A stretch of 64,000 bases of DNA, from contig CM022667.1 in assembly GCA_012295275.1 (NCBI GenBank), positions 18,910,001 through 18,974,000 on the forward strand, written 5' to 3'. Below, piece by piece: positions 1-14,807 of the stretch. The stretch is from Chrysomallon squamiferum. Taxonomy: Eukaryota > Animalia > Mollusca. Within the stretch, counting starts at the first letter, position 1; each line of letters starts with the position of its first letter. The notes beneath the pieces are model-generated. The model did not search any database and was not told where the DNA came from. It saw only the letters and a list, made by a program, of their open reading frames with translations. Position numbers and translations under genes: made by a program.

Positions 1-63
<63 letters not shown>

Positions 64-150
64 AATTTGTTGTTGTCGTTATATGATTATTATTACTTTC
101 ACGATAACATTTTTTTAATATTAACAATGATAGTTGTAACCTACACACAT

Positions 151-214
<64 letters not shown>

Positions 215-3200
215 TGTACGATAACAAAAAAAAACAACTAAATTTATGAAAACTTTAGCTGTTAATTACGCTAGAGTTTTATAACTGAAAAAATTTAAAC
301 TACTGAAATCACTTATGAAAAGTTTCGAGGAAAATTTAAAAAAAAAAAAATTTAAATTTAGAATTTTTAAAAATGTCTGAAAACCATTAACCTGTCAGCC
401 ATCAACACTGATGCAACAGGAAGTTCCTGGAAACAAACTTTTTAAAATTCTAAAAGCGAAAAGAAACTGGAAAAGGAAAAGTTTCAAAAGAAAAGAAAAA
501 TATAAATGTAATTAGTGGGTGTGCCAGCTATTATTTCTCGTTGTCATTGTTGTCGTTGTTGTTGTAATTTGTATCTGAGTATGGGAGGACTGTTGTGGCA
601 GCTGTTACTGTCGTTGTTATTAAGTTGAACGTTAGTGTTACTGTTGTCGTTGATGCTGTGGTATTTATCGAGTTTTTGTCATCGACATTCGTACTGCATT
701 ATTGCTGCTGTTATTAGTTTTGTCATTATTATTAACTTCTGTTGTATCAAGAAAAAAAGAGAAAAAAACCTTATTTATCTAATAATCAACAAAAATAGAG
801 AATACGAAATAATTTTCAAAAGAAAAACGATCAACTTGAGGAGTGCACTGACATTTGCTTTTTACTGTGTGGATTTGCTACATCGTCCCTGAAGACAACA
901 CACACAATCGACACGTGAGCTACGTTCGCCAGACTGTCATTTAACTAATCACTCAACAAAGCAACTAATGTATTTAGTCGGTAAATTACTTTTCCTCAAG
1001 ACGCGTCGTCGTTAGACTGTCCCCCCCCCTCCACCCCACCACACCCCACCCCCCGGAGAAAGACTGAAATAATTGAATAATTTCGGCTGAGAAGTGTGGG
1101 ACCCACTTGTCCAAATTTGGAAATAAAACGAGCGGCTCAGGGTTTCAGTGTCTGAAGATCTGACTGATATACACAAGCCACGGAACCTCTGTAAACATTT
1201 GCTAAATAACAGCTGCACTGTTACTGTGAATGACATTAAAGTTACGAGTCCTTCTATCACTTTCTGTTTAAATGACGTAACGCTTTTAATATTTCAGTCT
1301 ATTTAATAATGAGCGTATGAGCGATATACCTGTTCAGTGTTTCAGTCTATTTCGTAGTGTTTGTAGGTGGTGGTTAATTATTTCCATTCGTTTCATACGC
1401 GATGTTAATTGTTAACTGTGTTATAATATAACAATTAGTCAACCAGGTTTAACGGATGACATGGCGTGTATATTATTATTGTATAAGCAATGTTGCATCT
1501 TTAATTACTTCTGTCTGACGGGGTTCAGTTGAGTTGTTATATAAGTATTCTCTATTAATACTTGTCACATACAACTTTCCACACCTCAAATTCTTTTTTT
1601 TTAATCTTGATAAGAAAATTATACCAGTTTGGTAACACGACTTTCGAGGAAGGTAGGTATGTAAATAACTAATGTAACCAGTTATATGTCTAGAAAATGG
1701 TTTGTTATACAAAAATGTCGGCTAATTTCGTTTATTGTATCTTTTAATATATTTAATCTGTTTCACACTTCGTTCTATATAATCTACAAGTGATTGGAGA
1801 TCTGGCAAATGTAAACCAAGTATACGTATTAAAAATGGTTTGACATATAAAAATGAATCAGCTAATTTCGTTGATTGAATTGTCTAATATTTTCTATTTC
1901 ACACTTTCGTTCTGTATACGCTATAAATAAACTAATTCGTTCTATGTTTTCAGTTTAATTGATTAGTCCTTTAAATATTTTAGTATATCTCGCATTTTCT
2001 GTGTAAGTGGTTTAAACACCTTTTTTTTTATCAATTTCGCAACTTACGTATTGATGCCTTTAAATATTTCATTCTTTTTCACATTTTTGTCTATAAATAC
2101 TTCATTCTTTTTCACATTTTGCCTATAAATATTTCGGTTTATTTGTGTTTATTTCAATCGACAGACGTAAATATCCCCATTTTGCCAACTTATAAGCGAT
2201 AAAACACTTGTAAATCATTATTTCACGTTTATTTAAGTATTTGTATCGACGATTTAGCGCGCCTTTAATGATTTTGATCTTTCTGTGTTTAACTGTAATA
2301 ATATATTATTTAAATATATCTAAATCCGTCTTTCCCAACTTGGGTGTTATCACAGTTCGATAAACGTAATCATCTTGTTGCTTACGATTCAATCATACTA
2401 CGAAAACACCTAAACAGTGAGTTTTGTGTTTTACTGAACATCATATAATACACTGGACACGAGCAAATTCAGTGAAAATTGATCATCAGCGATGTAACTA
2501 CTTTAAATACAGTTAATATTACAATTAGAACAACTGTAACATGCTCTAAGAAACAGAAGACAAAAAAAAATGGCCGCTCTTTGCTATTCAGTTAAATCTG
2601 GGGCTTTTTTCTATTTACTGTTTAAACTAGACTGATACTTCACGAACTTAAACCGCCCTAGCGTACGTAATCCCTGCACCCCGGCCGCAATTACTTGGAA
2701 AGTCCTTGAATTCATAAACACGTTAAATTAAATCACTTGCTCTTTTGACCAGCTGGCGAGACTCCTACTCGTTTCATGTAAGTCAGCTGACCTCTAAGAC
2801 AGGAAATACGTGTTCGGGGCGTGATTTATTCACTTGGCTCTGTATGATTGGTTCGTTAGATTGTTGCTGAATTACACGGTTAATTTACTCGTTTTAAAAA
2901 TCGAGACTATTACTTTCTGATATACAGTTGGCTAATCCCTAGACGCGTCAATAATACACCGATTCCAGGTTTAGCAGAACGAAAACTGCGACATAAATAC
3001 AGTTCGAGTTAAACCTACTTACAAATTGAACCGTTAGATCTGATTTACTCTCGAACATTCCCTAGTTACGTCTGTCTTAGACGCCCAGTCTATTAGCATA
3101 TTTATTTGTTATTCCAGAATTTAGATTCTCTCCTTTCAGATTTTTTTCCAATTCTTTCAAGATAATTTACGTGAGATGTTTGAAACGCTCAAAGAATCTG

Positions 3201-3258
3201 TGTAAATAAGTTTTTTGTTCTTGTTCCTGAAATCAAAATAAACAGTAAACATCTTTTT

Positions 3259-3302
<44 letters not shown>

Positions 3303-3363
3303 AAATACAAATAAAAAAAGAAGATTTGTCAATTAATAAAATTATGAAATACCATAAGGAATT

Positions 3364-3438
<75 letters not shown>

Positions 3439-4149
3439 GCAAAAAAAAAAAAAAGAAACTTAAAACGAAACAAGAAAATCAATTATATTTCTAATCATTC
3501 AAGTTCAGCAACAATGTTGAAGTGTATCAGTCAATAATAATTATCTTACAAATCTGTAAAACACCGGTTAATTATTTACAAGTCGTAAAACCTAGTTAGT
3601 TTCTTTATTTCCACCTTTATATTTTATTAAAGAGCAGAGGATATTAAATTAAAGAAACAACGTATTGATGCTGACCATAAATTTTCATTATTCTCATTTA
3701 ATGGTCGGTTCGGATCGAATTATTTTCGCGAACACTTGCAGAGAATAATCTGACTTCCTGGATCTAGCAGAACCTTCCAGTAAAAGAAGACTTTGAGAAA
3801 CATCTGCGGATTTCTTGAGATTTACTGCACTGATAAATGTTCTGGACAAACAAAATGAGTAGGCTTGTGGGTTGGGCTAAGAAGGAAATTTTAAAAACTG
3901 AACCATACTAACTAACTGGTCAAGAGTTTTGTTTTCCATTGTTCTTTTCTTCCGTGTGTGTGTTTTTTTGTTTGTTTTTTTTCTTCTTATGCTGTTTTTT
4001 TTTTTTTTTTTTTTTTCCTCTCTTAGATTGCAATTAGAGGTTGTTTTTGTGTTTATTTTATTTCTTTTTCTTTTTATCTTTTATTTTATTTTTTTTTTTT
4101 TTATTTTATGTTTTTATGTATGGTTCTTTGTTTGTTTAGCTTTCCTTTA

Positions 4150-4183
<34 letters not shown>

Positions 4184-5078
4184 CTATTTTATTTCTTAAT
4201 TTAAAATTGATCTTTTTAATTTGAATTTTTCCAATCGTTTTCTTTCTTCTTCGTATTCTTTTTTTCCTTTTCGTTTTCATGCTAATTCTTCTTGCTAAAT
4301 TTCTGATTCTTAATCTTGCTCCTCGATTTCGTATTCTTTCTTTCATTTTCATTTTTTCTCTTTTCTTTTTTCTTCTTTTTTATTTTTTTTTTTATCTCCC
4401 CACCCCTTCTCTTTGCTTACGGCTGTTTACAGACAGAGGCTGGTAATGCATCAGAATCACCCTAATAATAGTTGTAACAAAACAGAAAAAATTGCAATGA
4501 TCGTTTTCGTCTGAGTCGCTTTCAAAACATCTCACCTGTTATTTTCATTTCATTTCGGAAATCAAGCTCTGCTCGGAAACATATCGGGTGGCGTTATGGT
4601 CGTTATATTTCCTGAGTAGAATCGCTCAGGGCGGCCATCTTGTTTCGTTTTTTTATTTTTTCACAAGACAAATAACGATGTTTAACATCCGTTTCTAAAC
4701 ATGTTTTTCAGCAGTGGAAAAGTAACTAAATGTTAGCATAATCCAGAACCACACAGCCGCAAGCGCGGATCATGTGAAGACGCAGACGATGGAAATTGTT
4801 AATAATAGAAGTTTTATGTTATTCATGCTGAAGTACATCAGTGAAAATATGGAAAATTTTTACTATTTTTTATTAAAAAAAAAGAAAAAAAAAGAGCAAG
4901 CTGAAGAAAACAAAACACTTGGATCATTATTTTACGTATAAAGATGCTGGGTAAAACAGTCGTATTTATTTTTCCATATTCTCTGAATTTCAGAATGTGT
5001 CTTAATTGTGAAGAATTCAGTACGAAATAAATTTCATTATAAAGAAAAGTAATATCATTCGATAAACTGTACATCGGA

Positions 5079-5192
<114 letters not shown>

Positions 5193-5561
5193 CTCTCTCT
5201 TACAGTGCTCAGTTAAATCAACAACGTGTAATTAGCCTCTTTTTTTTCTTCTTTGTCTTCTTTTTTAAAGTCATTTTTTTTTTTTCAGTAATGTTCGATC
5301 ACCTAATGCAAATTAAATGCAAACAAAGCAGGATTTCTGCGTAATTTTGTGTACAAACCTGTTTCAGTTTAATCAATATCGATTTTTTGTCTGTTATTTG
5401 TACAGCTATGTAAATTGTAATTTCTGTTTTAGATTATAAAATTGACTTTTAGCTAATTCGCTGTATTTCGTTCTCTGACGCTGTTTATTTTACATTTTAT
5501 TTCACAATTTTTTTGCCTAGTCTCAGAATCACTCTGCTTATTTTTGATATATATATATATG

Positions 5562-5597
<36 letters not shown>

Positions 5598-6032
5598 TTC
5601 TTCTTTAAAAACAAAAATAATAAATCACATATTAAGCAGAGTCGATACTGAGGCTTAGGCAATAAACAAAATGTTATTATCTTTTAAATAAGCCTAGAAG
5701 AAAACAACAACAAAAAATAATTTAAAATGTAAAACGACTTTTTATTTTATTTTTTTTTTTTTTTGCAAATTACCACTTATATTTTACTCACTGAAAGAAA
5801 ACAGTAAGAGAATTGTAACCTGACAAATATTAATGTTTTAACACAAACGTAAATCAACTTAGCAAAAATGTCTGAGATAAGTTTTTGTTGAGTTCATATC
5901 TGTCGTATTCTCTAGGATTTAGACTGTCAGTTAAGCGTTGTGTTGTGTCTGATCTAATTAAATCTGACAAGGAGTGGGGTCGGCATCAAGACACGAACTC
6001 GCTGTCTAACTTTATTCAGTAAGATTAATCGT

Positions 6033-6153
<121 letters not shown>

Positions 6154-6909
6154 GTTTCTTTAGCTGTCTATCTTTTGTTCTTCATTTTCTTTTTCTTTTT
6201 TTTTTTCCTCCGTGTAGCTCTTTCCATTTCTCTCTCTCTCTCTCTCTCTCTATTTCGGTGTTTCTTGCTTTATTTCAAATTTCTCCTTTTATAGCCGCGC
6301 AATTTTCCATCAGTATCTTTGTGTATCTATTAGTCTGTCTGTTTCAGCTATATTCATTACAAAACATTTGTTCTACCCATGCAACTTTATGACCTGCTTT
6401 TAAATCACCTATTGAACAAACGAGAAAATATCTTGTCTCACTTATTATCCGTCTGACATCTGTCATATAAAATGTCTGCGAGTTTGTTTCTGATAATGCA
6501 GCAGGCTTCAATCTGCGATCTTTATTACACTGGTTCTGACAACATCATTCATTAGTTTAATGTTGTGTAAAAAACATATACTTCATTTCTGACCTTTGCG
6601 TTTCCACTCCATTGTATTGCTAACTCAGCAGCGAGGTTTCTTTTATTTATAACTTGGCGTAACCTTTTTTTTTAATGTGCACGAATTTAAGATGATACCA
6701 AATACGCTTTAAATCGCAGACAACTGAGATTGGAAAAAAGAATCAGATGATTTATATTAATTAGAATAAGCGAGACTAAAACTTAACAGCTTTCCGAAGA
6801 CAGTCCACGATATTTAATTACCTGTCCTTTTTTGTTGTTGTTGTTTGTTTTTGTGTGTGTGTGTGTGTTTTGTTGTTTTTGTTGTAGTTGTTGTTGTTGT
6901 TTTTGTTAG

Positions 6910-7335
6910 TGTTATAGAAATTTATAAAATATTATAAATTATAGTGTTACAATGACAGAGTATAAAAGTGTTATAAAGTTATAGTATTACTGAAATTAAA
7001 AAAAAGAGTAAAAAAATAAAGGTTAGGGCTTTATAAAGCTGTAATGTTATTACGTTAGTATTATTGAGATTTATAAAGTATTATAAAGTTATAGAGTTAC
7101 AGATAATGACAGAGAATGTAAAAATGTTATAATGTTATAGTATTATAGAAATTATTAGGACTTTATACAGCTATAATGTTATAGTGTGAAGACGTTATAA
7201 AGAGTGTTATAAAGTTAGTAATATACATATTTATAAGGTATTATAAAGTTATAGGTGTTACAGATAATGACAGAGAGTGTAAAAGTATTATAAAGTTATA
7301 GTATTATAGAAAAAGTTACAGAGTTGTAATGCCAT
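6910..7335. repeat. Degenerate AT-rich repeat of ~8-bp motifs (GTTATAAA/GTTATAGT) with an internal duplication
   Basis: Recurring TATAAAGTTATAG. TTACAGATAATGACAGAGA occurs at ~7097 and ~7258. Confidence 0.7.
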
Positions 7336-7810
7336 AGTGCTATGATGTCAAACAGCTAGAATGTTGTAACGTGATAGTGTTATGATCTCATTCAGAGTGT
7401 CATGACGTCATAAAGCTAGAGTGTTGTAACGTGATAGTGTTATGATCTCATTCAGAGTGTCATGACGTCATAAAGCTAGAGTGTTGTAACGTGATAGTGT
7501 TATGATCTCATTCAGAGTGTCATGACGTCATAAAGCTAGAGTGTTGTAACGTGATAGTGTTATGATCTCATTCAGAGTGTTATGACGTCATACAGCTAGA
7601 TTGTTGTAACGTGATAGTGTTATGATCTCATTCAGAGTGTTATGACGTCATACAGCAATTGTTGTAACGTGATAGTGTTGTCAACAGCTAGATTGTTGTA
7701 ACGTGATAGTGTTATGATCTCATTCAGTGTTATGACGTCATAAAGCAAGAGTGTTGTAATGTGATAGTGTTATGATGTCATTCAGAGTGTTATGACGTCA
7801 TAAAGCTAGA
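7335..7810. repeat. 60-bp minisatellite, ~7-8 copies, seven containing TGACGTCA
   Basis: The unit TATGATCTCATTCAGAGTGTCATGACGTCATAAAGCTAGAGTGTTGTAACGTGATAGTGT repeats exactly at 7381, 7441 and 7501. Variant copies continue to ~7810. Confidence 0.97.
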
Positions 7811-8309
7811 TATTTCAGAGTCTGAAGTGTTAGAGGGAGTAGCGGAGTGTTTTATAAAATATATAAATGTATGTGTTAAAGAGAACTGTATGTAGCGATA
7901 ATCTGTACAACGTCAGTATCAGGATTTGATCAGGCACTGTAACCATGACAGCTAATGCCTTAACACCAGGATCGTAAAAACAGTAGCCAGTGTTTTCTTC
8001 GCTGACGTCACTGAGACAAATCTGATATTCAGCTGCAGTCAGTCTTCCATTTTATTATCATGTTTTGCATAGAAGTAGGAAATATTCCCACTGTTTTAAT
8101 GTTGACAGTCAGTGCACGTCAGTGAAACACACGTAGCGTGATGAACTGAATTAACCGTTGTCTTTCAGAACAACAGATGGAGCCAAAGTGAACACATCAA
8201 TAACAAGATTCCGTGTTTTGATGAGTCCAGGAATGATTCTGGAGGGGTTGATGTGAGACGGAGATGCTTAGAAATGACGTGTTTGACGAAGAAAGAAGAA
8301 GAAGAAGAC

Positions 8310-8363
<54 letters not shown>

Positions 8364-9352
8364 GATCAAGAAAATGAACAAGAAGAAACACAAGAAGACC
8401 AAGAAGAAGTAAAAAAAGAAGAAGAAGAAGAAGAAGAAATGTTTTCTCAGAATTAATGTCTGCTAACAAACATGTTATTGACTTAAAGGTTAACCTTAAT
8501 TATTATGTTTACGTCGACCGTGTTTTTCCGTAAGTAATTCCTTGTCCGTATATTCTGCAGTGAAAGCAGATGTTAAGATTACAACCACAATAGTTGAAGC
8601 GAAAGAACATCAACGAGCTGACGTAAGATCGCTGAAAATAATTGATCACAGAAATGCTACGTAATATATTTTTTCATAATTAGATTCTTTAAATATATTT
8701 AACAAATACGGGTTTAGAAGGGAAAGGGTTAAATTTTTTAATGTTGGATTATTCGTATTGATTGTTTTTATTTGCCATGTTTTAAACAAGAGCAATAAAA
8801 CTTCAGATGTATATCTATATATATATATACAGCTTATTGATCATCCTGAAAGAACAAAGTTATTAATTTATTTTGTTTTGTTGTTGTTGTTTTTTATGTG
8901 TGTTTGTGTGTTTATTTTTTTTTTTTTTTTTTTGATGGTGGTTAGTTAGTTTGTATTTTTTTAATTTTTTAATTGTATTACTTTTATTTTTATTATTATT
9001 ATTAATTTCATTTTTATTTTATTTTGTTTTGTTTTGTTTTACTTTTATTTCAGTTTATATGATTTTTATTACTCTTTCGTTTCGTTTCGTTTGATTTGAT
9101 TTGATTTTCTTTTGCCATATCTTATTATTTTATTTTATTTATTTGTTTTTACGTTTTGTTTTGTTTTGTTACTTTAATTTCCGTATTTAAATCTCTGACA
9201 TTAAGCTAAATAAGACACAAATTACATATTTCCCACACGTAAAGGGAAAATTTCGAAATTTAAATTTTATTCTCTAGAGGTAAGTTAGGAATAAAAGAAC
9301 GAAAAGAATCAGTTTATGCCTTGGTCATTTTTATTATGTCATCTGTCATTTA

Positions 9353-9487
<135 letters not shown>

Positions 9488-9508
9488 CTCTTTCTCTCTC
9501 TCTGTAGA

Positions 9509-9593
<85 letters not shown>

Positions 9594-10059
9594 TTTATAC
9601 AGATAGATAGATAAGATAGTTTGACATATAAATAAATATATAGCAGACAGACAGATATATTTGACAGATAATCTAGCTCTCTGTCAACATCTCCGTCCGT
9701 TTTCTCACTCATTTTTTAAAATTTTGTTTTTATTCATTTATTCATTCATTCACTGTCTTATTCTGCTTCTGAACCCAATATATTTTTCAGAGTTTGTCAT
9801 GAATATGCAGTCAGTGATTCTATTAAGATAACATATTACGCTAATTATTATACAGACATTTCTGCCCGATTTTCTTCAACCTTAAAGACATGGTTATATC
9901 TCCGTGTTAGATCGCTTGGTTTGAAAACCGCAATGTCAGTGGATCGAGCCTTCCCGGTGCTGCCATTTGAGATATTTCCTGTTTCAGTTCGGAGCTCATC
10001 AAAGTTAACGACAAGCCTGTGATTTATTATTGACAGAAGTCAAGCTGAGAGACTGAGAA

Positions 10060-10260
10060 CCGGATCGACGCTGGATCAATTCTCCATTTTTTTCCAATAT
10101 TAAGTTATTTGTCATTCTAGCCAATATGTTACAACTGCTTTAACAAAGTCTGTGTTATGATGTTTTTCCTATATTGAGGCAAGGTGTATGTAAAAGATCC
10201 CTTCTCACTGAGAATAGCATACATTATAAAAGCAACATTTTTCTCTATAATACAAACATG
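10060..10260 (+). mobile_element. Possible decayed SINE remnant
   Basis: The ordered blocks TTCTAGCCA..ACAACTG..TAACAAAG..GGTGTATGTAAAAGATCCCTT resemble, from memory, the core of a SINE family common in gastropod genomes. Not verified by search. Confidence 0.4.
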
Positions 10261-11464
10261 TTATAATCATTTAGAACTACCAGTATCAGTTACAATTTTC
10301 ATCTGTTGAACCTCGTATATTTATATTGTTTTCAAAACACCAGCCATATAATTTTACGTATCCTTTCTGAAACATGCATAAAAATATTTAATATTTCATC
10401 ATCAATGATTTTAATTAAAACCTTAACTATTAAATTTTGTTTGTACATAAAAAAAAAAAATAATAATAATAAATAAATAAATAAATAAATAAAACCGGTA
10501 GAAACCCTAGGAAAAAAATCACTCACAGCTTTATCGAGGGATGTATAGGGAAATTTCTGTATTGTTCTTTTTTCTGTCCTGGCAGAGATCGAATCACAAG
10601 ATGTCAGAGAAGAAGATTCTGGCTGAAGGTCTTTGATGAAAATCAATGTTTGCTTACAGTAATAGTGTACACGACAGATCATCAAGTCACTTTTCTTTGA
10701 TAACGTCATCACTGAACGTTGCCCGATGGTGCGGGTTATTTTCACGGCAATAAACGAGGAACAAATCGTAGAAATAATCGCGTGCATTTTCCACTCCATC
10801 TGGATTTGCCTGAGTTCTGATTTCACGGTCCGGTAGACCACAAAGTAATTGTAATTTTCTTAATGACGTATCGTAGTGTAAATATTGCATTGCAAGCTTA
10901 ATAAGTTATGTAGAATAGTTCTTTTGTTTGTAAAATTTTGAGTGAATGCTGATTAAAACGTGAATTAGTTATGTGTTAATTTACAGATATTTGTTGTTGT
11001 TTTTTTCTAAACATAGTTGCTTCAATTATTTGTTCTTTTTTTTTTTCTTTCTTTCTTCTATTAGCATACAGACATTTTTATCTTTTGTTTGAAAGAAATC
11101 TCTGTATTGACATCAGTGGTGTTAGCTGTTGCGTGAATAATTTCCCAAACATCGAATGTGTTGCTATGCTTGAAAAGTGATCAATAAAGTGATAAAAATT
11201 TACTGTCCAATTAGATCACTTTTTTTTTACTGACGTTTTTATTTCAGTTAGCTTTTATCGGGTGAACACTGTATCAGTATATGGTGATTAAACCCATACT
11301 GATAAAAACACACGGCCCAATATAATGTACATAATGTACGTAAAGAAATAGATCCTAAAAATCCAGGTGTAGTTAACAGATTTATGTTCTAATAGATAGA
11401 GACAGAACTCATAGTCAAATATTATATATATATATGTAGACTGATATCACAGATATCATAGTTA

Positions 11465-11487
11465 GTTAGATAGATAGACAGAAAGAC

Positions 11488-11522
<35 letters not shown>

Positions 11523-11595
11523 GGATGGATGAACGGACGGACGGACAGACAGTCAGACAGATAGATAGATAGACAAACAGACAGGCAGACAGATC

Positions 11596-11680
<85 letters not shown>

Positions 11681-11733
11681 GCGGCAGATAGATAGACAGG
11701 CAGACACACAGACAGACAGACAGACAGACAGAC

Positions 11734-11801
<68 letters not shown>

Positions 11802-11802
11802 G

Positions 11803-11844
<42 letters not shown>

Positions 11845-11859
11845 CAGGCAGACAGACAA

Positions 11860-11953
<94 letters not shown>

Positions 11954-12023
11954 GGGTGGATAGATAGATATTGAGACAGAAAGACGAGAGACAGATAGAC
12001 AGACAGACAGATAGGTAGGTAGG

Positions 12024-12110
<87 letters not shown>
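11465..12110. repeat. Compound microsatellite (GATA)n/(GACA)n/(GA)n
   Basis: Directly visible, ~650 bp. Confidence 0.98.
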
Positions 12111-12112
<2 letters not shown>

Positions 12113-12483
12113 GCTGTAAGTCAGACTGTGCAACCTGTAATTGTAACAATCTTCTGTTTGACATCAATCATTTCAGTACTCAGACAGTCATTTACAAACT
12201 TGTCGTTCTCACTGAGCCCGCTGCGGCTCTGAGCGAAACACACAGTGACAATTTCATAAAACAGAATTGAACTCCAAAAATAGCCATTCTAATTCTGTCT
12301 GAAGGCAGACCTGACACGATGATTCAGTTATTAAAACGGATATGAATTGACGAGAGAAAGAAGAGAGATACAGACGGAAAGACAGAAAGACATATAGAGA
12401 GAGAGAGACAGATAGAGAGTCAGAGACAGAGTACGAAAGATAAACAGAGATAGAGACAGACAGAGAGAGACAGAGAGAGAGTG

Positions 12484-12600
<117 letters not shown>

Positions 12601-12950
12601 AAAAATATATATTTTAAAACAAACAAAAAAAAAAAAAAAAAAAAAAAAATACCCACCGAAAGATTGAAGACACTGATTTATAGTTTTCGTTATTAAGAGT
12701 GAAAAACATTATTATCAAGCTACGGCCTGTTATCGTTTGGAAATTAAAAAACAGAGACAGAGAAAAATGTGTTCTGAATAATTCAGGCGATTCTGAAATG
12801 AGAAATCGTCCCATACAGTGAACTGCTGCTATGAATCGTGAAAAATTATTTAAATAAATGATTGTTTCATAAAAACACATTCACCACGATTATAATCTTC
12901 ATCTTTGAATTTTCTCCTTGATGCTAGAATATCGTGTGAGATTGTTCAAT

Positions 12951-13017
<67 letters not shown>

Positions 13018-13112
13018 TAGATATAGATATATCCTTTTAATGCAGATTGTTGACAGAGTCTTACACACACACATACACCGACACACAAGCATTTCATACA
13101 TGTATACATTCA

Positions 13113-13198
<86 letters not shown>

Positions 13199-13879
13199 TA
13201 TTACCAATATTATTATTATTATTGTTGTTGTTGTTGTTGTTGCTGCTGCTGTAGTTGTTGTTGTTGTGATTTTGGTTGTTGTTGTTGATGTTACTATTAG
13301 TATTTGCATTGCTGTTGTTGTTATTGTTGTTGTTACTGATAACGACGTTGCTAATCTACAGTCTTACAATCTAAAATCCATATTCATAAATATAACTATT
13401 TCTGTTAATGCTGTTTTTGTTGTTGATGTTGTCGTCGTTGTAGTTTTCAGAACGTGTTTGCATATGCGTAAAATAAAATTCCTTGGATACAAAACATTAA
13501 AACATTTTCTTCTACGTTTGATCAACATCTTCCAACACCCACCCACCCACACACTCGCAACACAAACACCGTCTGCAGTGACAACATCATCAACGAAAGC
13601 AATCAAGAAGCAAGAGGGAGGTGGCATTAGCATGATCAGCGTCAACAGCATGTCGTAACGGGATATTGTATTTACTCTGTTACACGAGTGTGTTTAGAAA
13701 TAAGAAAAGTAATCAAAATGCACTCTCACTTCATCAGTGTAGGAGGATTCCTCAAGTTTGTTACGACATTTTATTTCTGACGTAATTCAGAGTTAGAACT
13801 CAGCCAGTTTTGGTAGAAAAGTCATGTCTAAGTAAATGAATATTGTTCTGTTTAAACGACCCTTCTAAACCTAGCTGAT

Positions 13880-13939
<60 letters not shown>

Positions 13940-14768
13940 GCTAACAGTAATTTAATAATCAGAACCTTGAAGTTTAAGATATACAGTATTTGATATAAAT
14001 TCAAGAACAAAAAAAACAACAAAAAAACAACAACATTCAAGCAAAATAAAAACAAATTAAAAATTAAATAAAACAACCAAAAAAAGAACCACCTACTGCC
14101 TGATACAACTGTAATAAAACTGAATTTTTTTTCACTTCTGTTATTAATTATAATTTTTTTCTGTATTTATTGTTGTTGTTGTGGTTTAAGTTATCATGAT
14201 TAATAAGGAAAAAAACAGTAGACAGTATCATATGATGTCTACTATTTCAGAAAAAGTATAAAACTGAAACGTGAACAATTATATTTTTTTATTCCTCTTT
14301 CAAGAAATTCGAAATTAATAGCCAGACGTCTGGAAAAAAGGTCAAAACTGTAAAATATATTTAAGTCTTCAATTTCCTTGTAGAAATACGTCAACTTGAT
14401 ACAGATTAGCTTTTTCGAGAAATGATACTTAAATAATAAATACTCGAAACTTTTGAAACTTAAAGTATAACATTTCATAGTTAAATGATAGTTAAAGAAA
14501 AAAAAAAAAAAACAACTGTACGATAGATTACACAACAAGTTGAGGATTTTTTTTAAATTTTAAGACCCTTTTTATAATTTAGACATAATAATTATACGCG
14601 ATAAATATATATAGCAGAGATATAATGTTGAACACAACTTCAGGAAGCTGTAAAAAGTGGTAAAAGAATTATCATAGAAAAAAAAAAAAATGTATTGCTG
14701 TTAATACATATGTAAATATACATGTGTGTATGTGTGTGTGCATGTACTGTGGTCTGATATACAAATAC

Positions 14769-14807
<39 letters not shown>

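Noticed and set aside
7335-7810. CRISPR-like regular repeat
   Set aside because: Head-to-tail units with no unique spacers, no cas genes, and a eukaryotic context. It is a minisatellite.
8253-8456. Acidic ORF (poly-D/E) and the antisense poly-H/L ORF
   Set aside because: Products of (GAT)n and (GAA)n microsatellites. No spliceable open frame links them to other exons.
10585-10628. Possible exon with ATG (MSEKKILAE) after a pyrimidine tract and CAG
   Set aside because: The donor GTCTTT is poor, the unspliced frame stops two codons later, and no downstream partner exon was found.
10332-10841. 169-aa minus-strand ORF
   Set aside because: Non-ATG start, runs through an (ATTT)n/poly-T tract, and has no recognisable motif.
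11422-12167. Long ORFs of 145-223 aa (SIYL and SL repeats)
   Set aside because: Translations of stop-free GATA and GA microsatellites. The same applies to the ER, SL, CVCV and poly-I/L/N ORFs throughout the window.
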